Positions 29,468 to 39,083 of a stretch of DNA of 64,000 nt are shown one piece after another; the stretch's first letter is position 1; each line of letters starts with the position of its first letter. The translations under genes were made by a program, and so were the position numbers. This DNA is from a virus: positions 1 through 64,000 of the IMG/VR virus record IMGVR_UViG_3300009128_000008; one strand, 5' to 3'. Below the pieces are notes generated by a model. That model was not told the DNA's origin. It did not search any database and saw only the letters and a program-made list of their open reading frames with translations.

Positions 29468-30142
29468 TTATAGTTCAGGATGGAAATGAATCACAGCCTC
29501 AGTGAACAGCATCTGAGCAGCAGCAGCACCAGGCGGAGAGTTCAACGCAGAGGTTAGATACCGTGGGGTAGTAACCAAGCTTCCATTAGTCTGGAACTCA
29601 ACAAACCTAGCAACAACGACCGCCTCAAAAGCAGCGCCAACAGTGGGTGTCAATAGACCAGTGGCAGTAGCATATAGAGCATCATTACCAACAAGAGTGC
29701 CATTACCAGGTACAAGACCTGTTCCTGCAGTCTCATCGACAGCGTCTAATGTTACAGCGTATAGACCAGGCTTATCCCAAAGGGTTACCTTACCACTACC
29801 AGTAGCAGTGTGCGGGCCTAACTGAGCACCAGTATTGACTACTTGACCAGCAATTCCGCCAACGACCTGACCAAACAAAGTACCATAATTTGTGGTCCCA
29901 TCATCCGTTAGGAATAGAGGACGAACACCAGCGGTAAGATTGGTAGTAACAGCAGGACGAACCTGATTTACTACGCCAACATAGCCATCACCAATATCGG
30001 AAGTTGCAAGATCCACATTTGCAGCGGTGCTTACATAACCGAATTGAGCTACCTCACCACCAAGAATGGTTAGATAATCATTGTCGTAACCGTCGAACTG
30101 ACCAAGCGGCTGGATTCCGGGTTGTAAAATTCTAAGAGCCAT
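29468..30142 (-). CDS. Capsid decoration/cement protein
   Basis: Immediately upstream of the capsid gene; Gly/Thr/Val-rich; 'GSGKVTLW…LYATATGLLT' beta-tulip-like pattern. Confidence 0.65.
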   Translation of the reverse strand: MALRILQPGIQPLGQFDGYDNDYLTILGGEVAQFGYVSTAANVDLATSDIGDGYVGVVNQVRPAVTTNLTAGVRPLFLTDDGTTNYGTLFGQVVGGIAGQVVNTGAQLGPHTATGSGKVTLWDKPGLYAVTLDAVDETAGTGLVPGNGTLVGNDALYATATGLLTPTVGAAFEAVVVARFVEFQTNGSLVTTPRYLTSALNSPPGAAAAQMLFTEAVIHFHPEL

Positions 30143-30315
30143 TTTTTATCCTTTTGAGCACGATTAGTTGGTGTGCTCCTATTAAAGTCTTACATCTTTC
30201 GGTCTTACTTACAATAATAGTCATTGGACAATTATTCACATTTATATATATTTATTAGTATAATGATCTAAAAAATCTACTTTTATTTTTTTTTTATTTA
30301 TCGAATTTTCGATAT

Positions 30316-30942
30316 CTATATCGAATTAGCGATAATTTGTAATTTTTCTTTCCTGGAAGCTTCTTTTTTACTAGATTTATATTTGGCGATCAGGCTTAGA
30401 GCGCTTTCCAAATCACCAGGGTTTGTTAAGAATTTTTTGCTAGAACTGATAATGGCGCCGGACATTTTGCCACTTACCTCACTAACTAGAATAGATTCGA
30501 CAGCCTTGGCAGCGCTATATAATTGCGGGTTCATCTTGCCGTCTATAGGACCACCATATGGAGCGCCAATAAGAGGATGAGAAGCGCCTAAAAAAGATTG
30601 CCAAGATTTAATTAAATTAGACGCGCTTGTGTCTTTTTTCTCATCTTTTTTCTTTTTATCGTCTGTTTCCTCGGGCTTCTCATCAACATCTGGTTTTTCT
30701 TCCGCCTCAAGCTCCTCCACCTTCTTTTTTACTTCATCAAGTTTCTTCTTTCTTTCTGGTGGTAGGATATATCTCAAATATGAAAAACTTTCCTCATCAT
30801 CTAGCGATTGTAAATCAAGCGGACTTGTGCTGGCTATAAAAGGCTCACGAGGACGAGAAAAATTCCTCTCGTCCGACATAACTACCGGCTTAAAATAGGA
30901 TCCATACTCCCAGCTGGATGGCATGTCTATTAATCCGCTCAT
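30316..30942 (-). CDS. Probable head protein with a PG_binding_1-like motif
   Basis: 'LIKSWQSFL…YGGPIDGKMNPQLYSAA'. Confidence 0.5.
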   Translation of the reverse strand: MSGLIDMPSSWEYGSYFKPVVMSDERNFSRPREPFIASTSPLDLQSLDDEESFSYLRYILPPERKKKLDEVKKKVEELEAEEKPDVDEKPEETDDKKKKDEKKDTSASNLIKSWQSFLGASHPLIGAPYGGPIDGKMNPQLYSAAKAVESILVSEVSGKMSGAIISSSKKFLTNPGDLESALSLIAKYKSSKKEASRKEKLQIIANSI

Positions 30943-30954
30943 GTATTTGATTAC

Positions 30955-32160
30955 CTATACATACCGAAGATATGTGCGCTCTTTCTTTTTCTTTCCTTCT
31001 GTTGGGAAGCGCACATAAACTCCCTCTTCTTTTTCTTTAGTAACTTTTGGCGTCTTGCCCTCTAATGCGCTTTCTTGCCTCTTTAATACTTTATACGAGG
31101 CTTTAATATCGGTCATCACATCTTCTTCATTGTTAAAATACTTAATCAACTCCTCGTGACTACTAATTTGCTTGGAATTTTCAGCTATAGCCTCATTTAA
31201 TGCCTCAAGAGCGTCTGTCACGTCTTCAACATCACTCTGTACAATAAACTCTTTAACTTTACGAAGCATCCTGTATATAGAGGTTTCCTTCGATCTATAT
31301 TGTGTTTCCCTGAGCTGTATTAATTTAATAAATTTTGGAATAATCCTGCTAACATGCCGCGCTAATTTCTTATACGCCCTAAGCATTTTTACAGCATCTT
31401 GTTTGTATAATACCCTTGCCTGTATTGCAGCATTACGAACATCCGCCGAAGTAACCCCCTCATCATCATCAACCTCGGGACCAGATCGAATCTTAATGGA
31501 CTTTACAGCTTCTGCAGCATCACGTAGCCTTGTTATACTGTTAACTAGCGGACGAAGATCGGGTTCCATTTGAGGATAATCATCAACCAACATATCTGAG
31601 ATTTCTTCTAGAGCAATTATGGCATTTTGTTCAACGCCTTGTACCAATGTTGTGTTAGAGAAAAGCTTTGTAAGACCTCCAACAGCAAACACAACACCAG
31701 CAACAATTCCCGCTATTGCTAATGGTGGCAAAGCTTCTTTAACCAATCTGCCAGAACAAGAATCAGCCAATGTCATTAAGTTTTCATTCTTGGTGCGATC
31801 TAGCATAAATGCACCCTTAACAAGTTCATCTACTAATTCTTTTTGCGCTTTTACATATCTGTGTTGAGTAAGCTTTCCATCATTAGGCTTTAAAGCAATA
31901 TATGCCATCATGTCATGACGCTCTTTTAAATTCTCCACTAATGCATTGAAGCGATCATATGACGGAGCTACTACTACGGGTTCTGGATGAGCTTTGTCCA
32001 ATATATCATCATCCTTTCCGTTTGGTTGTACACCATAAAGAGCTTCCACGGCAGAAAGATCCCGAGATTCATAACTGGGATTTGTTTCCTCTGCAGCTTC
32101 CTTTACTAATCCCTTCTCCTTAGCAATCTTGGTATATTCATCAAAAATTTCGCTATTCAT
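30955..32160 (-). CDS. Probable internal virion (ejection) protein with a hydrophobic helix
   Basis: Two LVKEA sites, AHP motif, 'LPPLAIAGIVAGVVFAVGGL' followed by coiled coil. Confidence 0.5.
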   Translation of the reverse strand: MNSEIFDEYTKIAKEKGLVKEAAEETNPSYESRDLSAVEALYGVQPNGKDDDILDKAHPEPVVVAPSYDRFNALVENLKERHDMMAYIALKPNDGKLTQHRYVKAQKELVDELVKGAFMLDRTKNENLMTLADSCSGRLVKEALPPLAIAGIVAGVVFAVGGLTKLFSNTTLVQGVEQNAIIALEEISDMLVDDYPQMEPDLRPLVNSITRLRDAAEAVKSIKIRSGPEVDDDEGVTSADVRNAAIQARVLYKQDAVKMLRAYKKLARHVSRIIPKFIKLIQLRETQYRSKETSIYRMLRKVKEFIVQSDVEDVTDALEALNEAIAENSKQISSHEELIKYFNNEEDVMTDIKASYKVLKRQESALEGKTPKVTKEKEEGVYVRFPTEGKKKKERTYLRYV

Positions 32161-33385
32161 TTTTACCCTCTGCAGATTTTTTATTCCTTATGGCTCTGCG
32201 TGCCGGTCCAGAAAACTTATCTACTATTTTTCTTATTCTTGTCTTTGGCGCATCAGCTGGACGATAATGTTTCGGTGGAATTACCAGTCTATTCGGCATT
32301 GCACTAGAATAATTCCTTTCGAAATCCCTAACTACACGCCGAAATGATGGGGACGACATTATAATATCATCATATCCCACCAAATCACGATATATATCTG
32401 TCGCCCAAACTAGCAACATATTCTCTACTGAGCCGCCCACTAATGGAACAACCCAATAACTACCACTAGAAACTGTCCCAGGTGCCGCCTTAGGAGTTGT
32501 TGTGGTCCTCCTTGTGGGTGTCCTTGCAGTTGCTGGAGCGGTATATGAAGCCGGCACAATAGTTTCTGTCGTTTCTCGTCTTGCGCTAGGTGTCTCCGGT
32601 TGCTCCTTTTTCCCTTTATCGCGGCCCATCAACCCTCTTAAAGCGCCTGCGCCAGCTATTAACCCGGCACCAATTAAAGCAGTTTTAAGAGTCCATAATA
32701 ACAGTCCGCCTCCAAACCACTTTAACAGACTGGCACCACGTGGTCTTTTAAATAAATTGCCAAATATTCGACCAATTACACCAACGTTTCCACCAAATCC
32801 CTTTCTCTTCGGAAATAAACCGGGAATATCTGGTGTTTGTTTGCGGCGACCAAAAAGAGCAAAAGACACTAATGGTGATGGATCGTCCAAGCTATCTAAC
32901 GAATCCTCGTCACAATATTTTCGCAGACCATAAAACATATCATTGCAAGCGGAACTACTTAATGCGCCAGCCTCAGATTGAATTACAGACTGCCCAATTG
33001 AAGATACCTCGGCGCTACTAATAGGTTTGCCACTTTCAATTTTGGGCTTTAACTTATCAACCATTTTGCCCAACAGCGCACCAAGATTAAACCCAAAAAT
33101 CGAATCTAATAGCAATGAAACAATACCTAAAACAGGATTTATTCTAAATAATACAGTGGGAACTAGAAAATTAAGTACAGTCCCAGCAGTTCCACCGCCA
33201 CTTTCACCAACCTTTTCAGCAAAATGATTCTTAATAGACGATGCTATCCCGCCTAATCCTAGTTCACCGAAAATACCAGCACCTTTAATGATCTCGGCAT
33301 CAGCTCTGGCCAATTTCTCAACCAAAATGGTATCTGCAATATACTGTAAATCATCTTTTCTTTGTATATTATTCATAGTATACAA
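32153..33385 (-). CDS. Probable internal virion (ejection) protein with several hydrophobic helices
   Basis: Gly-rich hydrophobic segments following 'IIKGA'. Confidence 0.5.
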   Translation of the reverse strand: MYTMNNIQRKDDLQYIADTILVEKLARADAEIIKGAGIFGELGLGGIASSIKNHFAEKVGESGGGTAGTVLNFLVPTVLFRINPVLGIVSLLLDSIFGFNLGALLGKMVDKLKPKIESGKPISSAEVSSIGQSVIQSEAGALSSSACNDMFYGLRKYCDEDSLDSLDDPSPLVSFALFGRRKQTPDIPGLFPKRKGFGGNVGVIGRIFGNLFKRPRGASLLKWFGGGLLLWTLKTALIGAGLIAGAGALRGLMGRDKGKKEQPETPSARRETTETIVPASYTAPATARTPTRRTTTTPKAAPGTVSSGSYWVVPLVGGSVENMLLVWATDIYRDLVGYDDIIMSSPSFRRVVRDFERNYSSAMPNRLVIPPKHYRPADAPKTRIRKIVDKFSGPARRAIRNKKSAEGKNE

Positions 33386-33394
33386 ATGCCTTAG

Positions 33395-36300
33395 TTATCT
33401 TCCGCCGCCTTTTTGATATATATCAGTTTTTACTTCCTGATACCTTTGCGCAATCATATCCAACCATTCGTTATAATACCAATACACACCAGGTTTTCCA
33501 CCTTCGCCTTGTAGAATTCTCTTGCGTAAAGATCTTGGTACCATTCGTTCAAATTCAGTTTTAATTCTACGCAACTCTTCATACAATAAATCACAGAACT
33601 TCAAAAACTGGGCTGACGCAGTTTGTCCAGACCAATCTTGAGCCATCGCCTCCACCTCTCTAATGTTGCGAAGTAGTACCGGTCGTTTTAATTTTTTGCC
33701 CTTCTTTTCTGTGGCTACATAATAATCACCACCAGGACCACGCTCAACCTCCAATTTATACCCTAACTCTCGCGCTGCTCGTTCGCGCGCCCTAGGAGTA
33801 GCCCTTGCCCTTCCAATAATTTTTGAAACTAACTGTGGTCCCTCAGCGCCTACCCAGTCACCTAATGACAATATTGTCCTCTGATTTGTAGGAATGCGTG
33901 GCCACCATTCAGTATCATTTAGATCTAATGTTTTCCAAATAGGAGATCTGTTTGGATCAAAATCGGGTCCTATACGTACATCACGCCCAACAATATCTCG
34001 GCCGCCTACTCCTCGGTCTCTGCCAGTTCCACGGCCGGCGGGTACCCTGGCTCCACCAGGTCTTCCGGCGCCTCCAGGGCCAACTCCAGCTCCAGGAGCG
34101 GGTCGGGCAGAAATTATTAATATAACACTATTTCTCTGATCTGCCTTTGGGGCTTGCTCCGCCACAACGGTCGTCAGCTCGCCAAATAAAGCTGGAATCA
34201 TCCCAGAAAGTATGCGAGCATTTTTTTGATATGTTGCCGCATCAACCTTATCCGCTCCACCTGGCAACAGACTCTTAACCGTCTCTATAAAAGATTCTAA
34301 TCTAGTTGGCTCTGCCATATACGCTGCTTCGAGCTGTTTATTCAAAAGGGCCAGAGCAAACATCCACTGATTAGATGTCAGACCAACCCCGGTAGGAGCA
34401 ACATATGGCTCATCCTTCATATAAAGCCACTGACCATATGCATATACAAATCTGAATCCTTGAGGCTTCGCTGGCCATATGCTAGTGCGAGTGACTGGGT
34501 TAATTCCTTTACGCTTCTCCTCTGGAGATTGTTCCAAACCCGGCTCGGCCCGCTGCTGCTCCTTAGTAATAGGAGTACGCGTTTCCCTCTTTCCAGCTTC
34601 ATCACCATATTGGCGAATTACCCTTGTAACCAATCTTTCCTCATCCAGCTTATGGGCGGCCATCCAGCGCTTTACAATTCCGTGCTTCTCTAAATATAAT
34701 TGCAGCGCAGATAAAGAAGCCAGATCTTGATTCGTAATTTTAACGTTAGGAGGTCCTTGAAGTTTAGACAGATCAACAACAACAGATATCAGCTGTGTTT
34801 TCCCTACATACTTCTTGCTCACAGCATAATTGACCGACTTATCCATAGCCTCTACAATCTTTTTGTTTGTAGGCGCGTACATCTTGGCAGATCTTACATC
34901 ATGTAAATACCCGCGGCCAGCAGGGCCGGGAGTAATAGTGCCTGATATTGTTGATGCTTTTGCCGCTGTTAATACATCATTCCATTTGCGCCTAAAAGAC
35001 TCTATTTGCTCTAGTGCAAATGCTGTTTTCTTTCCCCACTTACCATCTGCTGGGCTTGTGCTTCTTGGCCCGGATGTTCCCATCTGAGACACAGCGGAAA
35101 ACACACGATCTATCTCTGGTTTAGTAATTTTAACTTGCGCCAACACTCTCTGAGTATCGCCTTTGTTCAATGTATCTTTAAGTTTAAGCATGGAAGTTTG
35201 CATTTCCATTACCTTGTTAACTATAGGGATCTGAGCGGCACTAGGAGTTTTACCACTGGGTCCGCGAGGCCTAGGAGAGCCTGATGGAGGGGCATCAAGA
35301 GGAGCTGGTACTGGTGGAACAGGATTTGCCTGCTTAACAATATCATCTAAAGCTGAATTAGCTCTGCGACGACGTGTTGGTGGTTTTGTTCCCTCATTCC
35401 ACTGTTTGGACCACGACAACACATCTTCTTGACTCATGCCGGCAAACTCAGGCCCCAAAGCGGAGATTGTATCAAAAAATTTCTTACTCTGATTTCCAGC
35501 TTTCACGGCAGCCATATAATTTATAGTTGCTTTATAATTAGTTAGTGTTGTTTCATAGTTTTTGGTACCTTCTTCATATCTGTCCAACAATCCTCTTAAC
35601 CTAACTGCCGCCGAACTTAAATTATTATAAGTTTCGCGTGATATATCTATATAATAAGGCTTATCTGATGCCAAGTGTATATATGGTGTAAACTTTCTTA
35701 TGGCAGCCGTAATCTTTGTAATTGCTTGCGCTATCATAGGGCCATATTTTACATAGCCCCACTCAAACCCCAAAAACTTTGCCAATCGATCAATCCGCCT
35801 TGTCCACCTTCCACCAACTTTAAACGTTGTTTCAAGTTTCTTTTTAACAGCCTGCAATAATGAAATCACAGCAGCAACAGATGCAGCAAATTCCTTCTTA
35901 CCACTAGTGTTTATTTCTGGCGATTCAGAAATGGGGCCCATAGCGCTTGTAAACTTGGCGGCAATCTTTTTTAACTTGGCACTTGTCTTTTCATTTAATT
36001 CCTCACACGGCTTCCAAAATTTAGCATTAAACTCAGCAACCAAATAGTTGTAAATAGCAAGTGCAGCCGCATTTACTTGTTTTGTGTCAAGTCTAAACCA
36101 GGAATATAAATTATCCTCAGATTTTTCAGCGTCTCCTGGTAAAGGCGCCCAAACAGATTGGGCGTTATCTGCCCAAATATCATGGGCAGTATTTGGCGGA
36201 GAAACTAACGACCACGAAACATCGCCCTTCTGTCGAATTTTTAGAATGCTGGGCCCTAATACATCGCCGGGACCCCATTTGGTACCCCTCTTCTTTCCTG

Positions 36301-37189
36301 AACCAGGTTGAGATCCCCAAAAGAATTTAGATTGGCCAGTTTCATTTCCTATTGCAGCTAAGTGTTCGTAATTTCCTTTTAATTTATTAGCAATGCGCCG
36401 CGGACCTTGAGAAGGATGAAAGTCTCCTACAATATACTTATTATAAAGCGCCACATATTTGTTTAAATCTTCAGGAGACTGGCCGGTAGCTTTTGCAAAA
36501 CTATCGCGCGCTTTTTGATCTTTCAATAAGGCTCTAGCATTCAATGTCCATATGGGCCAATTTAAACCTAAGGCGGAGAGAGCCCCAAAAACTAAGGGGC
36601 CAATCTCAGCATACGTATCTTCCAACTCGCCTGCAACAGAATCCATATCAACCGGTCCTGTTGGCATTTTTGGTGGTTCTTCTTTTTTAGGCTCCACCGA
36701 CATTTTCGGCTTGTCCGAAGGTAGGCGCCACTCTTTAGGCAGATTAGGGTAATCAGCAGTTTTCTCTAAATCCACGCCCAAAGCCACAGCGGCAGATCGT
36801 ATAGCATCATCAATTACCTCAGCATATTTACCAGTTGGTTTTTTATTTACAATGTCTAAAATCTTCTTATGAGCACTCTCTTCAGTCTCAACAACACCAT
36901 ATCCGCCCTGTGATGGAGCAACCTCAACATCACCATCAGGATGAGCGCTTTCTAACACATCCTCGCCATCTTCATCTATAGCGCGATACAAATGAGTTTC
37001 GGCCATTTTGAAAGTATGGATTTTGTCTTCAAGAGATTCAGCCTCTTTTTCAAAACCTTTCTCCCTCATTGCATTGGCCAAACGCACCATATCCGCAAAC
37101 AAATCTTCAGTTGGCTCATACGATACACTATCTGATGCCTTTTTAACAACTTCCTTCAACTCTGCTTCTTTAATCATGTTTTTTTCCAT
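33395..37189 (-). CDS. Large probable internal virion protein
   Basis: Multiple KxA sites, AHP motif, PG-binding-like 'ADGKWGKKTAFAL'. Confidence 0.5.
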   Translation of the reverse strand: MEKNMIKEAELKEVVKKASDSVSYEPTEDLFADMVRLANAMREKGFEKEAESLEDKIHTFKMAETHLYRAIDEDGEDVLESAHPDGDVEVAPSQGGYGVVETEESAHKKILDIVNKKPTGKYAEVIDDAIRSAAVALGVDLEKTADYPNLPKEWRLPSDKPKMSVEPKKEEPPKMPTGPVDMDSVAGELEDTYAEIGPLVFGALSALGLNWPIWTLNARALLKDQKARDSFAKATGQSPEDLNKYVALYNKYIVGDFHPSQGPRRIANKLKGNYEHLAAIGNETGQSKFFWGSQPGSGKKRGTKWGPGDVLGPSILKIRQKGDVSWSLVSPPNTAHDIWADNAQSVWAPLPGDAEKSEDNLYSWFRLDTKQVNAAALAIYNYLVAEFNAKFWKPCEELNEKTSAKLKKIAAKFTSAMGPISESPEINTSGKKEFAASVAAVISLLQAVKKKLETTFKVGGRWTRRIDRLAKFLGFEWGYVKYGPMIAQAITKITAAIRKFTPYIHLASDKPYYIDISRETYNNLSSAAVRLRGLLDRYEEGTKNYETTLTNYKATINYMAAVKAGNQSKKFFDTISALGPEFAGMSQEDVLSWSKQWNEGTKPPTRRRRANSALDDIVKQANPVPPVPAPLDAPPSGSPRPRGPSGKTPSAAQIPIVNKVMEMQTSMLKLKDTLNKGDTQRVLAQVKITKPEIDRVFSAVSQMGTSGPRSTSPADGKWGKKTAFALEQIESFRRKWNDVLTAAKASTISGTITPGPAGRGYLHDVRSAKMYAPTNKKIVEAMDKSVNYAVSKKYVGKTQLISVVVDLSKLQGPPNVKITNQDLASLSALQLYLEKHGIVKRWMAAHKLDEERLVTRVIRQYGDEAGKRETRTPITKEQQRAEPGLEQSPEEKRKGINPVTRTSIWPAKPQGFRFVYAYGQWLYMKDEPYVAPTGVGLTSNQWMFALALLNKQLEAAYMAEPTRLESFIETVKSLLPGGADKVDAATYQKNARILSGMIPALFGELTTVVAEQAPKADQRNSVILIISARPAPGAGVGPGGAGRPGGARVPAGRGTGRDRGVGGRDIVGRDVRIGPDFDPNRSPIWKTLDLNDTEWWPRIPTNQRTILSLGDWVGAEGPQLVSKIIGRARATPRARERAARELGYKLEVERGPGGDYYVATEKKGKKLKRPVLLRNIREVEAMAQDWSGQTASAQFLKFCDLLYEELRRIKTEFERMVPRSLRKRILQGEGGKPGVYWYYNEWLDMIAQRYQEVKTDIYQKGGGR

Positions 37190-37233
37190 TGCCGTTTTTT
37201 AAAGCTTTGGGTTGCTATTTATTGCTATTATGA

Positions 37234-37536
37234 TTATTCCTGATCCTCGTCCAGATCAAGTAACATCACGCCATCCACAAAAATAGGATTAACCTTCTCC
37301 CTATAACTAGTATCTGTGGCAAACTTCTCTTGCAAAGCCTTAAAAGCCACTCTCAATTTTGGATCACTCTTCACACGCCGTTCAAACTCATCCAAATCAC
37401 CCAATACATCATTAATATTCGGGGCTTCTGCTTTCTTCTGCTGCTTCTCTAGAGCCTCTCTTTTTAGCTCATTTTTAACATACTCCCTAAAGATTTCGGA
37501 TGACATTGCTGCAGTCCAATCCATAATATTCTCCAT
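37234..37536 (-). CDS. Hypothetical head-region protein
   Basis: Shares 'SEIFxEY' with the N-terminus of 30955..32160. Confidence 0.55.
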   Translation of the reverse strand: MENIMDWTAAMSSEIFREYVKNELKREALEKQQKKAEAPNINDVLGDLDEFERRVKSDPKLRVAFKALQEKFATDTSYREKVNPIFVDGVMLLDLDEDQE

Positions 37537-37652
37537 AATCTACATACAGGTATACTGGTCTATAATAATATTAAGTTATGCGCTCATTATTTATAAATGC
37601 GCGCTTTATTTAGAGAAAAACTAGCCTATTCCCTTATTATCTACATGCTGAT

Positions 37653-38345
37653 TTATAGCCACAAACACTCTATGCTGGAATGAACACTACTAGGCGGAGC
37701 CGTTACAAGAGCGATAGCTGGATAGTCCGTGCTGATCTGTCTTGTAGTTAATAGGCCGCTCTCATTCACAAAAAGAGGAGCATTTAATGGATATCTTTGG
37801 TTGCTTTCAAATTGGTCCGTTTGAAAAATCATCCTCATAAACCACACTGTCATTCTAGAACTAGCTAATGTAGAATCATCGCCAGGAACATTTGGAACCT
37901 GATAAGTATAATTAACTACTGTTCTTATGGCGTCCATAGTAGAGCCACCTGTTTGACTAAAATTTAGCTCCGTTCCAGCCAAAAATGTTACTACTCCATT
38001 TCGCGGTATAAGCTCAACATCTACCGGATTGGACATAAACGAAACCGCCATAACATTTGGATTTCTAAGCTCAACTTTAACGTCCACCGGAGTAACCAAT
38101 CTACCATGAGACATAACTCCTTGAGCCGGAGCTATAACCACCTCATCTATTGCGACCGATGAAAATGCATTCTTTTTAATATCATCAATTACACCAATTG
38201 GAGCAGATCCATCGCTAGTGCCACAAACTACCTGATTACCATGTAAGGTAAGCTGTGCAATCATTCCCGGTTCAAATTCTGCGCTGGGGTCTACTGGAAA
38301 GGAAAAAGGCAAGGCATTTCCAGCCTGTACAATCCTAAGTGTCAT
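37653..38345 (-). CDS. Second decoration/cement-like protein (paralogue of 29468..30142)
   Basis: MTLRIVQAG vs MALRILQPG; ASSRMTVW vs GSGKVTLW; LFVNESGLLT vs LYATATGLLT; GAGGTG RBS. Confidence 0.6.
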   Translation of the reverse strand: MTLRIVQAGNALPFSFPVDPSAEFEPGMIAQLTLHGNQVVCGTSDGSAPIGVIDDIKKNAFSSVAIDEVVIAPAQGVMSHGRLVTPVDVKVELRNPNVMAVSFMSNPVDVELIPRNGVVTFLAGTELNFSQTGGSTMDAIRTVVNYTYQVPNVPGDDSTLASSRMTVWFMRMIFQTDQFESNQRYPLNAPLFVNESGLLTTRQISTDYPAIALVTAPPSSVHSSIECLWL

Positions 38346-38406
38346 CTTATCACCTCTTAAATATTTGGAGTTATTCTCTCATATATATAACAGAATACAG
38401 CAAGAG

Positions 38407-38444
38407 AAAAAGAAAAAGCCGGCCATTAAAAAAATAGCCGGCTT
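38407..38444 (-). terminator. Rho-independent terminator
   Basis: aagccggc…gccggctt stem followed by a U-tract on the minus strand. Confidence 0.7.
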
Positions 38445-38463
38445 AAGCTAATATATTTATTAT

Positions 38464-38811
38464 TTACTCAATTTCTTCTTCTTGTGTAAACCTTTTGTCG
38501 TCTTCGTCATAAGTGTTATCTACATCATCTACATTAAATACCCAGCCTTTATTCTTTAAATTTTCAAGCATCTTTTCGCTGGTCAATCCCTCAGTAGCCG
38601 GGTCATCAAGCTTTTTAGAAACCATTAAAATTAACTGTGCTTCTTTTTTTAAGTTGTTCTCATTTAGTATATTAGCAGCTTTATTAAGATAAGATAGTAT
38701 TTTGTATTTAGTATTATTTTTACTATGAGCTTCTTTTTTATTTTGAAGCTTAATTAATTCGCTTTCAAGATCGGAAAGGAATTCATTTTCTGACTGCTTA
38801 TTAAAAAACAT
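38464..38811 (-). CDS. Small head-region protein (helical-hairpin family)
   Basis: 'YLNKAANILNENNLKKEA'. Confidence 0.55.
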   Translation of the reverse strand: MFFNKQSENEFLSDLESELIKLQNKKEAHSKNNTKYKILSYLNKAANILNENNLKKEAQLILMVSKKLDDPATEGLTSEKMLENLKNKGWVFNVDDVDNTYDEDDKRFTQEEEIE

Positions 38812-39083
38812 TATTTATCCATTTTCGAGGATAATATTTCCATTACATTTGTAATAGCTTCTGATGCCATACTCTTATTTTCTATCCGTCCTAATAAATC
38901 AGCCGCCTTATTCAAATATTCCATGGCAAACAGAACGGCATAATGGTCCATTACTTCTTGTGGGACATTGGCTGGAGCATCTTCTTCCTCCAATCCAACC
39001 ACTGATTCAGTTTCTGGTTCGTCCTCAGTCTGTCCTAAAATTTCAGCCATTTCTTTGGCTATATCATATTCTTCTTCCGGCAT
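38811..39083 (-). CDS. Small acidic head-region protein (helical-hairpin family)
   Basis: 'YLNKAADLL'. Confidence 0.55.
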   Translation of the reverse strand: MPEEEYDIAKEMAEILGQTEDEPETESVVGLEEEDAPANVPQEVMDHYAVLFAMEYLNKAADLLGRIENKSMASEAITNVMEILSSKMDK

